From NCBI GenBank assembly GCA_013265495.1, contig MU057930.1:1070057-1134056 (forward strand): a DNA stretch of 64,000 nucleotides, given 5' to 3'. Position 1 is the first letter of the stretch, and each line of letters begins with the position of its first letter. Source of the stretch: Vicugna vicugna. Its lineage: Eukaryota. The notes beneath the pieces were generated by a model, which saw only the letters and a program-made list of their open reading frames with translations, was not told the DNA's origin and did no database searches. Positions 25,452 through 37,250 of the stretch are shown here, in pieces. Position numbers and translations under genes: made by a program.

Positions 25452-26148
25452 TGTAAGCAAGGCTAGAAACATTGTTGTCTCCATCCTAATGCAGTGGGCT
25501 TTCCAAAGCAGCCCTGCTACCAAGATCTGACCACGCAATCCACATGTTTCCAGCAACAACCACGTTCTGAGCGGAGCCACGCAGAAGAGTGCGCGGCAGC
25601 CTCTGAGCTCAGCTGCCCACTGGGATTGCAATCGGGAAGAACAGATCTGACTCCACGTTGCATCTGTTTCTCTTAATTTGGCTTTTGGATTCAGTTGCTT
25701 TTGCTACAAGTTAACCACTAAAGAGATGTCGCGTATAAGCTTACACGATACAGAATGGCCCATCTCCGCGAACCCTGCCTCCCGCATAACGAGAGTTCAA
25801 ATACCTCTGCTGAGATCACAGAAAACGTCCCAACCTGGCCCACCTGTGAATGGCGGCAGGAAGTAAAGAAGGAATCAACACATCCTCTGTGGAATCTGGC
25901 CGGAGTTAGGAAATATTTGCAACAACTTATCGCCTATTTGACTTCACCCTCCCGTCCCCCACTATGTTTTATACAAGAAATTAGCATCCAAAGCCTGGCA
26001 AAAAACTCGGGTTCTTTGGGACACGAGTCCACCGTCTTCTCGGTCTGCTGTCTTTCCAAATAAAGTGTCTATCTGTCGCCCCAACAATTAGTCTGCTGAT
26101 TTATTGGCCTGTTGTGCAGACAGCAGTAGGAGCTTGAATTCAGGAGCA
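25452..26148 (+). mobile_element. Endogenous retrovirus solo LTR (ERV1-like)
   Basis: Approximate TG...CA termini; TATA-like ttttatac near 25967; AATAAA at ~26059 followed by a U5-like tail (gatttattggcctgttgtgc...gagcttg). No clean TSD found. Confidence 0.6.
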
Positions 26149-26470
26149 GAATCACTGGGAACGTTTTACAACTACGGAACCCTGAGTAATCCAATGGAAG
26201 ACATAACGGCACTGAAGTGCATCCTTGGAAATGCGATACTTTCAAGGTGCCAGGTGATTCGAACACAGAAATGTCCAAGAAGCCTCTACCCTCTGCCTCC
26301 CCAGTGAGTAAGGTCAGATGAACTGTCACCCACGAGGTCTCCTGCAGGGGCTGTGACAATGCATAAGTCACAACGGGTGCAGGAGACGCCTTCCTAGAGC
26401 GGCCCCAGGGCTCACCTGCCCTGACGCAGAAAGGGCGTCTCTCATTTTCCAGGGCCACCTCCACGACGCA

Positions 26471-26504
26471 TGCCGTTCCCCAGCGCTGCCAGCAGGTGGC
26501 GATG
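26471..26504 (+). promoter_or_regulatory. Candidate CTCF binding site with upstream (U) module
   Basis: Core CCAGCAGGTGGCG (26489-26501) fits CCASYAGRKGGCR exactly; TGCCGTTCCC at 26471-26480 resembles the upstream ZF9-11 motif. Confidence 0.6.
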
Positions 26505-26859
26505 TTGATTTGAGTGCTGAGACCAGAACTAGGTCGCTTGCTCGCAGGCACTGAAGTTCTTCCTTAAAATCTGGACTCTTCATGGGATTCTCCCCTCCCC
26601 CGGTCCCTTACCCCCAGAGGCTTTGCTGCGTTTTAAACTACACCTGCAGCTGCAGATGCCTGGGGAGATTCGATTATGCATAACCAGCATTCCTACGTGA
26701 GGTGCTGAAAACACACTTTTGTTAACTGTTTTTGTCCAAACCCCACTTCCCGTGTGTATCACATGTGTCTGTTCTCTGTGTCCTGCAGACCTGTGAACAT
26801 GGACCTGGATTGCATGGTCCAAGAGGAGGCTGAAGGGCAGAGAGCAAGGAAAGGTTTGG

Positions 26860-27912
26860 GGTCCCAAACAAGAGGAACCCAAACAGACATGTTATGATCA
26901 AGACGGCCAAAGTTAAAGATAAAGAAATGATTCTAAAGGCAGCAAGAGAAAAGCAGAGTGAGTTACAAGGGAACCCCCATAAGGCTTTCAGTGGATTTCT
27001 CTACAGAAACCCTGCGGGCCAGCGGGCAGTGGCGGGACATAGTCAAAGTCCTGAAAGAGAAAAAGCTGCAACACAGGATACTTTCTCCAGCAAGGCTATC
27101 CTTAGGATTGAAGGAGAGATAAAGAATTTCACAGAGAAGCAAAAACTAAAAGAATTCAGCAATACTGAAACTATGCTAAAAGAAATATTGAAAGGTCTAC
27201 TCTAAATGGGAAAGAGGCAGGATGCTATCGAAATGAGAAAACCGTGATTGGAAACGCGATAACTACAATGAGCAGCAAGAGAATAAACACGAAGATGTAA
27301 CAGAGGAATCAGAATTGTTAAAGGTGGGAAAGAGGAGCAAGAAAAATACAGATTTTCTTCCTCTCCTTTTTTTTTTCCTTCATTCCCTTTAAGATATGTT
27401 TCAGCCCACATGGCTACAGGTCTAAAGCAAACAGATATAGGAAGGGGTTAACACACTTGAAAAACAGAGTAACCACAAATCAAAAGCATACAATAGGGTC
27501 ACAAAACCCAAAAAGAAACCAAGCTAATGGAAAAGAAAATGATCAAACCAGAAAGATACCATATGATATCACTTATATGTGAAATCTAAAAAAAAAAACC
27601 AGACAAATGAACTTATTTACAAAACAGAAACAGACTCATACACACAGAAAACAAACTTATGGTTACCAGTGAGGAAAGGGAGTGGGGAGGGATAAACTGG
27701 GAGTTCGAGGTTTGCAGATAATAACTAATATATATAAAGTAGTTAAAAAAAAACAAGTCCATATTACATAGCACAGGGAACTCTATTTAATATCCCATAG
27801 TAACTTGTGGAAAAGAATATGAAAACGAAAATATGTATGTTTGTGGGCGACTGGAGCACTGTGCTGTGCACCAGAAATTGACACATTATAAACTGACTAT
27901 GCTTCAATTAAT
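26860..27912 (+). mobile_element. HAL1-like / ORF2-less L1: ORF1 C-terminus + spacer + L1 3' end
   Basis: ORF 26894..27205 has the L1 ORF1 motifs KVKDKEMILKAAREK and LRIEGEIKNFTEKQKLKEF..LKEILKGLL* (frameshifted internally); the L1 3' end starts at ~27556. Confidence 0.85.
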
Positions 27913-28324
27913 ATATATATACATATGTATATAAACACACAAACAGGAAAAAAATAATGCTCACCCCATGTGCTCAGCCCAGAGCAGGGAAAACACACAC
28001 ACACACACAATGACACTTGAGGTTGGAGGCTGAACCCACATGAAAAGAGGTGCCTTCAGCCGCATTAAGTGAACAGACCCTTCCGTGGTGAACAGAATCT
28101 TTTGTGCCTGGACGTTCAAACACGGAACACCACCAGGAAAGGATCGGGGAACAGAAGCAGGTTTGCACCCACCAGAGATCAATTCATACTGGGAATAAAA
28201 TCAGGTAACACCCACAGGAAAACACACACACACACACACACAACACAACCAAGAATATTTATGGGGCACTAATTCAGTTTGTGGATAGAGTAATTATAGG
28301 CAGCATTATACACTGTATTAGCTA

Positions 28325-28781
28325 TATTTCTCTCACTCACACAGTATGACAGATATTAGACCATTTATTCATTCATTCAAAGTACACTGAGTACCTACTG
28401 TGTGCTAAGTAGGCATTAGACTGTCATTCATTCATTAAGGTAGACTGAGAACCTACTGTGTACTAAATACCGCATGGACCCATTTTTCTCCCACACGCAA
28501 CATGGTACGTCTTAGATCAACTTTCATTCATTCATTCATTCAAAGTACACTGAGTACCTAGTGTGTGCTAAATAGGCATTGGACCATCATTAATCAATTC
28601 ATTCATTCATTCGTTCATTCATTCAAGGTAGACTGAGAACCTACTGTGTACTAAATACTGCATGGACCCATTTTTCTCCTGCACACAACAGGACAGGTCT
28701 TAGACAATCATTCATTCATTTATCCATCCATCCATTCATTCACTCATTCAAGGCAGACTGAGCAACCACCATGCACTAAAA
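28325..28781 (-). repeat. Tandem array of L2-3'-tail-like monomers (5 copies, alternating A/B)
   Basis: (CATT)n + caa..actgag(t/a)accta.tgtgt.ctaa repeated five times. Confidence 0.85.
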
Positions 28782-28869
28782 GCTGCCCTCCCTGTAGACA
28801 AAGAGACCTTCTATCTCCAATGCTGGGCCAACGATGGACTAAATCCACGGGGGCCTGCCTCCTTCTCTG

Positions 28870-29245
28870 AGTTGATAAACCTCACAGATACACATGGGTA
28901 GTACTCAAGAATTGTCAAGGTCATCACAGAGGAAGCGAGGGTCAAGGTACGGCTCCAGACGAGAAGAAACTAAATGTGTTGAGATGTCCTATGCAGGACG
29001 CTGAAATGGCCAAGGGAAGGACTTGAATAGACAAAAACAACAAACAAAAAAAAACCGGGTGTGTAATCTGAAAAATGCCTGCAGTGTAACTGTGATGTAA
29101 TGATGTCATTTCTTGGCTTTGACAAATAGCCCACAGCAGTGGAGGGGAGTAATGATGTTAAGAACTGGATGAGGGGCGCTGGGGGACGGAGTGTCACGCT
29201 ATGATCCTTCCCTATGTGTAAAATTATTTTTGAGCTTAAAGAGTC
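28870..29245 (+). mobile_element. L1MC-type 3' UTR fragment
   Basis: gtcaaggtcatca...tttcttggctttgacaaat...taaaattattt motifs. Confidence 0.6.
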
Positions 29246-29289
29246 TATGGTTAAAAATCTGTCGTAAGAAAGCAGACAACTCAATACCC

Positions 29290-30195
29290 CCAAATAAACA
29301 ATCTGAGAAAAATGGTGCATGAACAGATACGTCACCAAAAACGGTCAACATCTTCAGTCATTAGGGAAATGCAAATTAAAACTGTAAACATACGGAGATG
29401 CTACTATGCACAAAGAGGGGGTTGTCTGAAATATAATCAATGTATCAAAAAGAAAAAAAACACCCCAAAATAAAAGTCTGACAATACCAAGGCTTGGGGA
29501 GTTTGAGGAGTATCAGGGAACTCTTACATCATTGGTGCAAATGAGGAATAGTGCAGCCATGCCATATAGCCAGAGGGAACCCTACTTCAAAAAGACACCT
29601 GCACCCCAATGTTCATAGCAGCAGTATTTACAATAGCCAAGACATGGAAACAGCCTAAATGTCCATCAACAGATGACTGGATAAAGAAGGTGTGGTATAT
29701 TTATACAATGGAATACTACTCAGCCATGAAAAGGAATGAGATATGCCATTGGCAGCAACATGGATGAACTTGGAGATGATCACACTAAGTGAAGTAAGTC
29801 AGACAGAGAAAGGCCAATATCGTATGATTTCCCTTATGTGGAATCTATAAAAATGACAGAAATGAACTTATAAACAAAACAGAAAGAGACTCACAGACAT
29901 CGAATACAAAATTATGGTTACCAAAGGGGAAGAGGGGAAAGGGATAAATTAGGAGTTTGGGATTTGCAGACACAAACTACTATATATAAAATAGATTAAC
30001 AACAGGGTCCTACTGTACAGCACAGGGAACTATACTTAACATCTTGTAATAACCTAAAATGGAAAAGAATATGAAAAAGAACACACACACACACACACAT
30101 CTAATGTATACCTGCATCACTATGCTGTACACCAGAAACTAACACAACATTGTACATCAATTGTATTTCCATTTAAAATTTAAAAAAAAAAAAGG
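29290..30195 (+). mobile_element. L1 composite: old ORF2 3' fragment (to ~29560) followed by younger L1 3' end
   Basis: gtcattagggaaatgcaaattaaaact; then cagagggaaccctacttcaaaaagacacctgcacccc...poly-A at 30182-30193. Confidence 0.9.
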
Positions 30196-30599
30196 AATTA
30201 GGACAATCAGTGCTCCTCTGTCTCCTTGCCCCTATGAACCCTGCATCTGTGGCCCTGGCACCTCATGACCTTTCTGATTGTCCCATGACATTGTACCATA
30301 GTGCTGGGAAGTAAGAATATGAAATAAAACACTGAAAAAGCCTGGTCTTCAGAGCCAGTCTGACTCGGGTGAGAAGGCTTGTTCGATGCCCAAGTGTGTG
30401 ACTGCAGGACACACGGTCGCCCCACGCCAGGATTCCGTTGTCTCTTGGTTACACTGGAAATAACCGTGGTTTTGAACCCTCAGAAGAATCATGAGGATGC
30501 AGTTTCTAATTGCTTTCCCCAAAGCCTGGCATCTCCGTTCCCCGACTGGTGTGCATTCTCATTATTTCTGCGATGAAAGTTTTTTTTTAATAGTTGTTC

Positions 30600-30952
30600 T
30601 CACGGTTATCATGCAGAAGTTACTCTTTTCATCCCACTGTTCTGTGAGTTTTGCTGAACACATAGTCGCCAGTCAGACAGTGTAACTGGTCCAGAGGGCA
30701 GTTTCTCATCCTATCCCTTTGTGGCCCAGCCCTCAGCCGACCTCAGCCCCTGGGACCGGCTCCTCAGCCCCTGGGACCAGCTCCTGTGTTCTCTGCCCCT
30801 AGAGTGTCTTTTCCAGAATGTTATGTAAACAGATCAGACAGGAGGCAGCCTGCTGAGACAAGCGTCCCTCACTTAGACAAACCTGTCTGAAGTGAAGCCG
30901 GCTTGTTGCACATGTAAGCACTACATTCCTTTTGTGTCGCTGGGTCCTGTTC
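30600..30952 (-). mobile_element. Ancient L1M 3' fragment containing a 21-bp tandem duplication (ctcagcccctgggacc[g/a]gctc)
   Basis: ttttccagaatgttatgtaaac; tcacttag; ttgttgcacatg..cattcctttt motifs. Confidence 0.65.
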
Positions 30953-31097
30953 CTTTTTTTCTTTTTCCCTTAAGTACCGTCAGTTACAACGTGTCCGTTT
31001 CTGGCGCACAGCACGCTGTCCCAGCCACGCACATACAGACGTATGTTCATTTGCGGACTTCTGAATGATGGCCATTCTCACCGGCGTGAGGTGGTAC
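30953..31097 (-). mobile_element. Mini L1 with large internal deletion, GC-shifted
   Basis: Reverse complement joins the ORF2 segment (gtaccacctcacgccggtgagaatggccatcattcagaagtcc) directly to the terminal 3' tail and poly-A. Confidence 0.85.
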
Positions 31098-32797
31098 AAA
31101 TTGCTTTAAATAGACACATCCTAGCTCTGTTTCTAAATGGACTCAAGTTCCATAGCGACTTCCCACCCAGATAATACACATAAAAATAACTTTTTTTTTA
31201 AAGGTAACGTCCCTTTGACAACGCATGGCAATGTCAGACTATCAGCTTGATGATCCAAAACAACAAACAAAATTTACAGACTTCTTGAGAAGGAAAAGGC
31301 ATGAGTTGCGACCTAGAGTTATGAATTGACGTGAGCCGCCCTTCAGGACGGGGGCCCCAAAAGTAGAACTTCAAGGAGACACAGTCAACCTTAAACTGTC
31401 CTATAATTCTAACACTAAACTTCTGCAAATTTTCTAGTCTAAATCTAATTCGAATTCCTTTGCTTCTCCAGAGATGCGGATTTTCAGACACCTGGTTCCA
31501 GCGTGGTGACAGTGGGTTGACAACGATGCTTCATTTTAAATCTTTTTCCAAAGTTCTCTCATTCGTGCCGGACAATTCCTTTGCCTGCATCCGTTTTTCC
31601 ACCTCCCGTGAAGACTACAGAAAAGCCCCAGCGGAGGTGGAATGAAGGACTCGCGATGTCGGTGACAGACTCAGAAGCCCCGTCCCTTTTATGTCCCGGC
31701 CGTGGTGGCTGGTGACCTTAGGTGACCAGTGAGGTTGTGTAACTTGCAAATTACCCTTGTTGAGATGCGTGAATACCGTCTCCTACCTTCCCCTACAGGC
31801 ACCCAGGTAGCGTCTGGGGTTTATCCAGAGTCTAGCTTTCTTAAATTTCCTGTCTTGCTTTTTACCTTCTGCAAAACAAACAAACAAACAAACAAAAAAA
31901 ACAAGCTAGTCTTCTGGTACCAAAATTAAAACTCCTCACGTATGGAAATAGGTGGAGAAAATGCTTGTACATTTTTCAACGTTGGAAGCGAAGTTACAAC
32001 AGTAAAAATCTCCACTGGCAGCCTCATGCCAGAGTTATTTCTCCCATGGTTTTTCATTTTCACATTCTAATTTTAAATGTGCTTTAAATATGGGGGGTTT
32101 AACTAAAAATACATCAGCAAATGCAATTCTCTCCGTAAAAGCATTATGGGATTTGGTTTCCCATAAAGACGTGAGTACTTATGTCAAGGTGGCTTACGAA
32201 AGAGCTGAACGCGTTTTTAAACGTTACTGAAAGAAGCTGTGAAGGACCCAGTGGGGTTTCGACTCCAGATTGAAGAATGGCTGAAACCCAGTCGTGCATC
32301 CGGCATTGTTGTTGAATTCTGTTCACTCAAAATGGGAAACCCAGACTCTCTGCCGTTTTCGGAAACGATGTCCCAAATCCAGTGTCCATCTGTGCTGCTG
32401 GTCATTCATCGTGCTGACATTTAATATTTCTGCAATGTATACTTCAGTAGTAAAGAAAGAAATTAAGGTGAGATTCCAAAAATTTATCATTTCTTTATAA
32501 TGAAATTTTTTTGTAATTGTATACAGTTTACGATGTTGGGTCAATGTCTTCAGTCATGCAGAGACGTATATTCGTTTCCATGGTGAAACTGTCTTTATTA
32601 CCATTTGGCCCTTTGGTGAGTTACAGTCATTGAAAAATGACCACAGCAGATCTCTGATTTCTCCTAGACTCTTCCGCATGTTAGGGTCAGCCCGTGACAT
32701 TACATCCTCCAATGTGTAGAAGGCTTTTGTACCTAATCCTCTTCCATACAATGAATCGTTTTTGGTTTTTTTTTTTTTTTAATCCTTTCACTCTGTT

Positions 32798-32930
32798 TTA
32801 ATTTTTTTTTAAAGAGGGGAGGTAGGACTTTTTTTTTTCAATTTATCTTCTTAATGGAGGTGCTTGGGGTTGAACCCAGGACGTCGTGCAAGCTAGGCAC
32901 GCGCTCTGCCGCTGAGCGACACCCTCCCCG
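32798..32930 (-). mobile_element. tRNA-Ala-derived SINE (vic-1-like)
   Basis: Reverse complement gggagggtgtcgctcagcggcagagcgcgtgcctagcttgcacgacgtcctgggttcaaccccaagcacctcc; flanking ctctgtt repeat (32791, 32931). Confidence 0.92.
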
Positions 32931-33384
32931 CTCTGTTCTCTCAGCCTCTCAGCAGCACAGTAGTTTACTTTGGCTAGAGAGTAACCAGAGTGAGGAGTTA
33001 CAAATTCGGTTTTGCAACCTCCCCCACCATGTGTCCCCAGGGCCAACTTTATGGGACCGTGTGTTCTGGGTTGTCCACGCAGAGAGAAGTGCTTTTTGGG
33101 CAGAGACCCGGGGGGACACCAGCACCCAGGTGGTGACACAGTGAAGGGAAATGCCATCGGAACAGAAGGCGTGTGGGCTGGGGGACCTGGTGTCACTCCG
33201 ACCCCACCGCCACCTCACCGTGAGGGTTCACGGCGCACTCCTGATCGCCGAGAGTGCTCGTGGCTTCCAGGGGAGGGGAGAACTTCAGTGACAAACCCAG
33301 CTCCGTCCGACTGACACTCCAGAGTACTTTCCTCAGGATCAAGACATTTACTGATTTCCTCTACTGGTTTTCTTTCCCCCAAGA

Positions 33385-33830
33385 TAATATTTAGCATTTT
33401 TTTTTAGCAATAAAGCATTTAAAATTTTTTTTATTGAGTTCTAGTCAGTTTACAATGCCGTGTCAATTCCTGGTGCAGAGCACATGCTTCAGTCATACAT
33501 GCACATACATATATTCGTTTTAATATTCTTTTTCACCGTGAGCTCCCACAAGATCGTGTATGTATTTCCCGGTGCTGTACAGTAGAATCCTGTTTATGTA
33601 TTTTATATATACCAGTCAGTATCTGCAGATCTCAAACAGAGCATTTCTAAATTAAGGTATGTGCGTTTTTTTCCAGACGTAACGCCGTTGCACATTAACA
33701 AACCTCCGTGCAGCGTAAATGTAACTTTTACGGGCACTGCGAAAGCAAAACATTCGTGTGGCCCTCTCTACTGCAATACCTGCTTTCCTGTGCTGGTCTG
33801 GAACCAAGCCCGCAATATCTCAGCATGGCT
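33385..33830 (+). mobile_element. Tigger1 3' end (TcMar), interrupted by an L1 tail
   Basis: ttagcattttt..agcaataaag | taaattaaggtatgt...ggtctggaaccaagcccgcaatatctc resembles the Tigger1 right end. Confidence 0.85.
33421..33637 (-). mobile_element. L1 3' tail nested in Tigger1
   Basis: ttttttattgagttctagtcagtttacaatg...cagtatctgcagatctcaaa; flanked by a(a/g)agcattt on both sides. Confidence 0.9.
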
Positions 33831-34586
33831 ATATTCTTTATGTCTCTGGAAATTTTATTGACTGGAGTCCCAAGCAGGGCATGTTTAAGAGTTTGCGTGC
33901 CTGAAAATGTTTGATTGGCTTCTCGATCTTCAATGGTGTTTTAATTTGCTGTAGAATTATATCTTGGTGTTTTCCTTCTATACAAATTTTCTAAGGTACC
34001 TATGGTGTGCTGAAATGTAGCACTGACCAAAATGATGTATAATACATTTTTTATTTCTGTATAGATAATTTATCACAAAGACATTTCAGCCGCTCACCCC
34101 CCCCCCCGGACGGTTTAGTCTGTGTTTTTATATTTTTTCTCCTATGCTGACACTTAGAATTTCCCTTTCTTGTTTTTGAGGCCAGTCATGGTTTAGAACG
34201 TTCTAAATCCAGTGTCTCTGTGTGTTTGCAGCTGTGCAGAGGATTTCCAGCATCCTTCAGACAGGATGTAAGACAGCTTTGACTTAACCGAGGTAATGGT
34301 GTGCGTTTTCAATTTTGACTTTATGAGCATGCGTCCGCACTCAGACACGAAGTTCCCTTTCATGTATCTAGAACTTTAAATAGAAAAAAAAATTTTTATA
34401 GAGATGAGAGAATCTAGGTCACTGCTCTCAAGAAATGTGTAATATGTATGTCCTGGTAATTAAATCTGTATTTTTGATATGGTGCATTCATTTCTGTGAG
34501 GTTAAATAGAGTGGACTACACAGAGCAAACAGGCATTTACTTAACACCTGTCAAAGACTAAATCCTTCCTAAAATTTAGCAATCAT

Positions 34587-35185
34587 ACTGCTCAGCCATT
34601 AAAAAGAAGGAATATTGCCATTTGCAGCAACATGGATGGACCCAGAGATTATGATACTAAGTGAAGTAAGTCAGACAAAGACAGACAATATCACATGATA
34701 TCACTTATATGTGGAATCTTAAAAAAATGACACAAATGAACTTATTTCCAAAACAGAAACAGATTCACAGACATAGAAAACAAACTTATGGTTACCAAGG
34801 GGAAAAGAGGAGGGTGGAGGGGTACATTTGGAATTTGGGATTAGCAGATACTAACTACTGTATATAAAACAGATAAACAACAAGGTCCTGTACAGCACAG
34901 GGAAATGTATGCAATATCTTATGGTTGGAGGGAGGGTATAGCTCAGTGGTAGCATGCGTGTGTAGCAGGCACAAGGTTCAGTCTCCAGTACTGCCAAATG
35001 ACTGAAAAATTGTGCTGAACGCTGGAATCCAACGTTGTAAAATGATTATAAATCAATAAAAAATGTTAAAAAAATAACTTACACAGTATTTGTATATTTA
35101 TATAATATATAAAAAACCACATCAGTATGCTGTACACCAGGAATTAACACTATGAACTGATTATACTTCAATTTTTTTTTAAAAA
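34587..35185 (+). mobile_element. L1 3' end, interrupted at ~34926-35074
   Basis: tactgctcagccattaaaaagaagg...gcacagggaaat...; resumes tatgctgtacaccagg...tatacttcaatt. Confidence 0.9.
34927..35074 (+). mobile_element. SINE head (tRNA-Ala-like) fused to young L1 terminal tail
   Basis: gggagggtatagctcagtggtag...ctccagtactgcca then aatgactgaaaaattgtgctgaacgctggaat...aatcaataaaaaatgtt + poly-A. Confidence 0.85.
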
Positions 35186-36339
35186 GCCCTAAGAAGCCTC
35201 AAAAAAAAAATTCGTTATCATGAGCTTTCAAGGAAGGAGGATTTGAGCAGGAGGGAAAGAGAGCAGGAAAGAAACAGGGTCACAGATTTAAGGAGAAGTG
35301 TGTGTGCACACGTGAACGCAGACACAGCGCGGTATTTGGCAGAGCAGGTGCGGGGTAGGTACCTGCAGGTTTCCGCTTTCTTTAGCCACCAGGAGGCTGG
35401 GCTGGTACCCACAGCCACGTGGCATCCCCGAATCATCGGACGGGCAAGGACACTGGCAGTTACACTCACTGGAAAGAGTGTCTTAGTGTTGGAAGTCACA
35501 CCATCACAGCCCTCATAATCCTGTTCTGATCTATTTGCAGTTTTCATGGGCTCCAGTCTCCACTGACACATCCCAAAGGCATCAGTGGGGGGCACTGGTA
35601 TCAGAAAGTTTGGGTTATGGTCAATTCCAAAAACAAACAAAAAGAAGCGTTTCAAACCTCTACTTGACTGAAGGGATTTCTCTAAGCACAGAGGTGCACA
35701 CACTCATTTCAAAGATGTCCCCAGCGTGAAGTGTGCAATTTCTCATCAACGGAAAATACAAACGCACTGTTGAATCGTCACAGTCATTCTGTTTCCGAGT
35801 GAGAGCTGGATGGTACTTGCCTCTGGAAGAGCAATCTTTTCATGTCACACAGCAAATAAAAATGCTCACCTCTCAGGCACTGTCAGGCGGTAGCTTCTCA
35901 ATTCGTATTTCATAGCAAGCGTTAAAAGCAAGATGATCTGATCCTCCAGTAAAAATCTGAATGGGTTTCTAGGACCATGGCCCTGGTAGTCACTGTGCCG
36001 TTTTTGGCGACTCCCGAATCCCCCACACGTGGAGAGACAGAGCAAGTGGATCACAAACCCACAGCGAAAGGAGACAAGACTGCAGATGCGTACGAAGTGG
36101 GTGCTACTGGGGTTCCTCCGAGACGGGTCTTACTGCTTTGTGATATCTACCGGCACATTCCAAACCAGCTCGCGCTGTGACTATGGGTCCCGGACTGTGT
36201 TCTTTTCACATCTGTTTCTTGGATTCTTTGCATACTAGAGCCAGCTCTGCAAACACCGAGCTGTCAGTGTCGTAGCTGACTTACTGGTTCTGAACATGCA
36301 ATGTAAGTAATTAAGCTGCAATCCCAAATCAATCATTGG

Positions 36340-37250
36340 TTCTGTCTATTGATCGATCTATCTACTTACCCACCACCTTTCTTTCTACCTATCATACCTA
36401 TCAATCTATCCATCTTTCTATCTATCCATCCTTCCATCCATCTATCCATTCTATCTACCTATCTATCCATCCATCCATCTGTCCATTATATCTATCCTTC
36501 CATCTGTCCATCCACTCAACCATCCATCCATCTTTTCATCCACCCAACCATCCATCCATCTATCCACCCTGTCTGTCTATATCTATCCATCCATCCATCC
36601 ATCTATCCATCCATCTAATCTATATCTATCCATCCATCCAGCCATCTTTACATCCACCCAACCACTCATCCATCAATTCATTCTTTCTTTCTTTCTATCC
36701 ATCCATCTAATCTATCCATCAGTATAATCGAATCTGTTTATCTATATATGCGTCCATCCATCCATCCATCTATCCATCCATCTAATCTATGTCTATCTAT
36801 CCATCCATCCATCTATCCATTCTATGTATCTATCAATCTATCTATCCTTCCATCTGTCCATCCATCCATCCTTCCACCCACTCAACCATCCATCCATCTT
36901 TACATCCACCCAACCACTCATCCATCAATTCCTTCTTTCTTTCTTTCTATCCATCCATCTAATCTATCCATCAGTATAATCTAATCTGTTTATCTATATA
37001 TGCATCCATCCATCCATCTATCCATCCATCTAATGTATCTATCCATCTATCTACCTTCCATCCCTCTTCCTTCCTTCCATCTATCCATCCATCCATCCAT
37101 CTGCCTAACTACCTATCGTATCTATAGATATAGTCATTAGATAGACATATATACTCCTATATATTCTATATATAAAGTATAGCTATATAAGATACATAGA
37201 TATATAACATACATAAAATATAGGCTATAGCTCTATAGGATATGTATCCT
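36340..37250. repeat. (ATCC/ATCT)n complex tract with internal duplication, followed by TA-rich low complexity
   Basis: Directly visible; source of the S/I/H/P ORFs. Confidence 0.95.

Noticed and set aside
28325..28781. CRISPR-like repeat-spacer appearance
   Set aside because: Eukaryotic DNA; the 'spacers' are themselves repeated and there are no cas genes.
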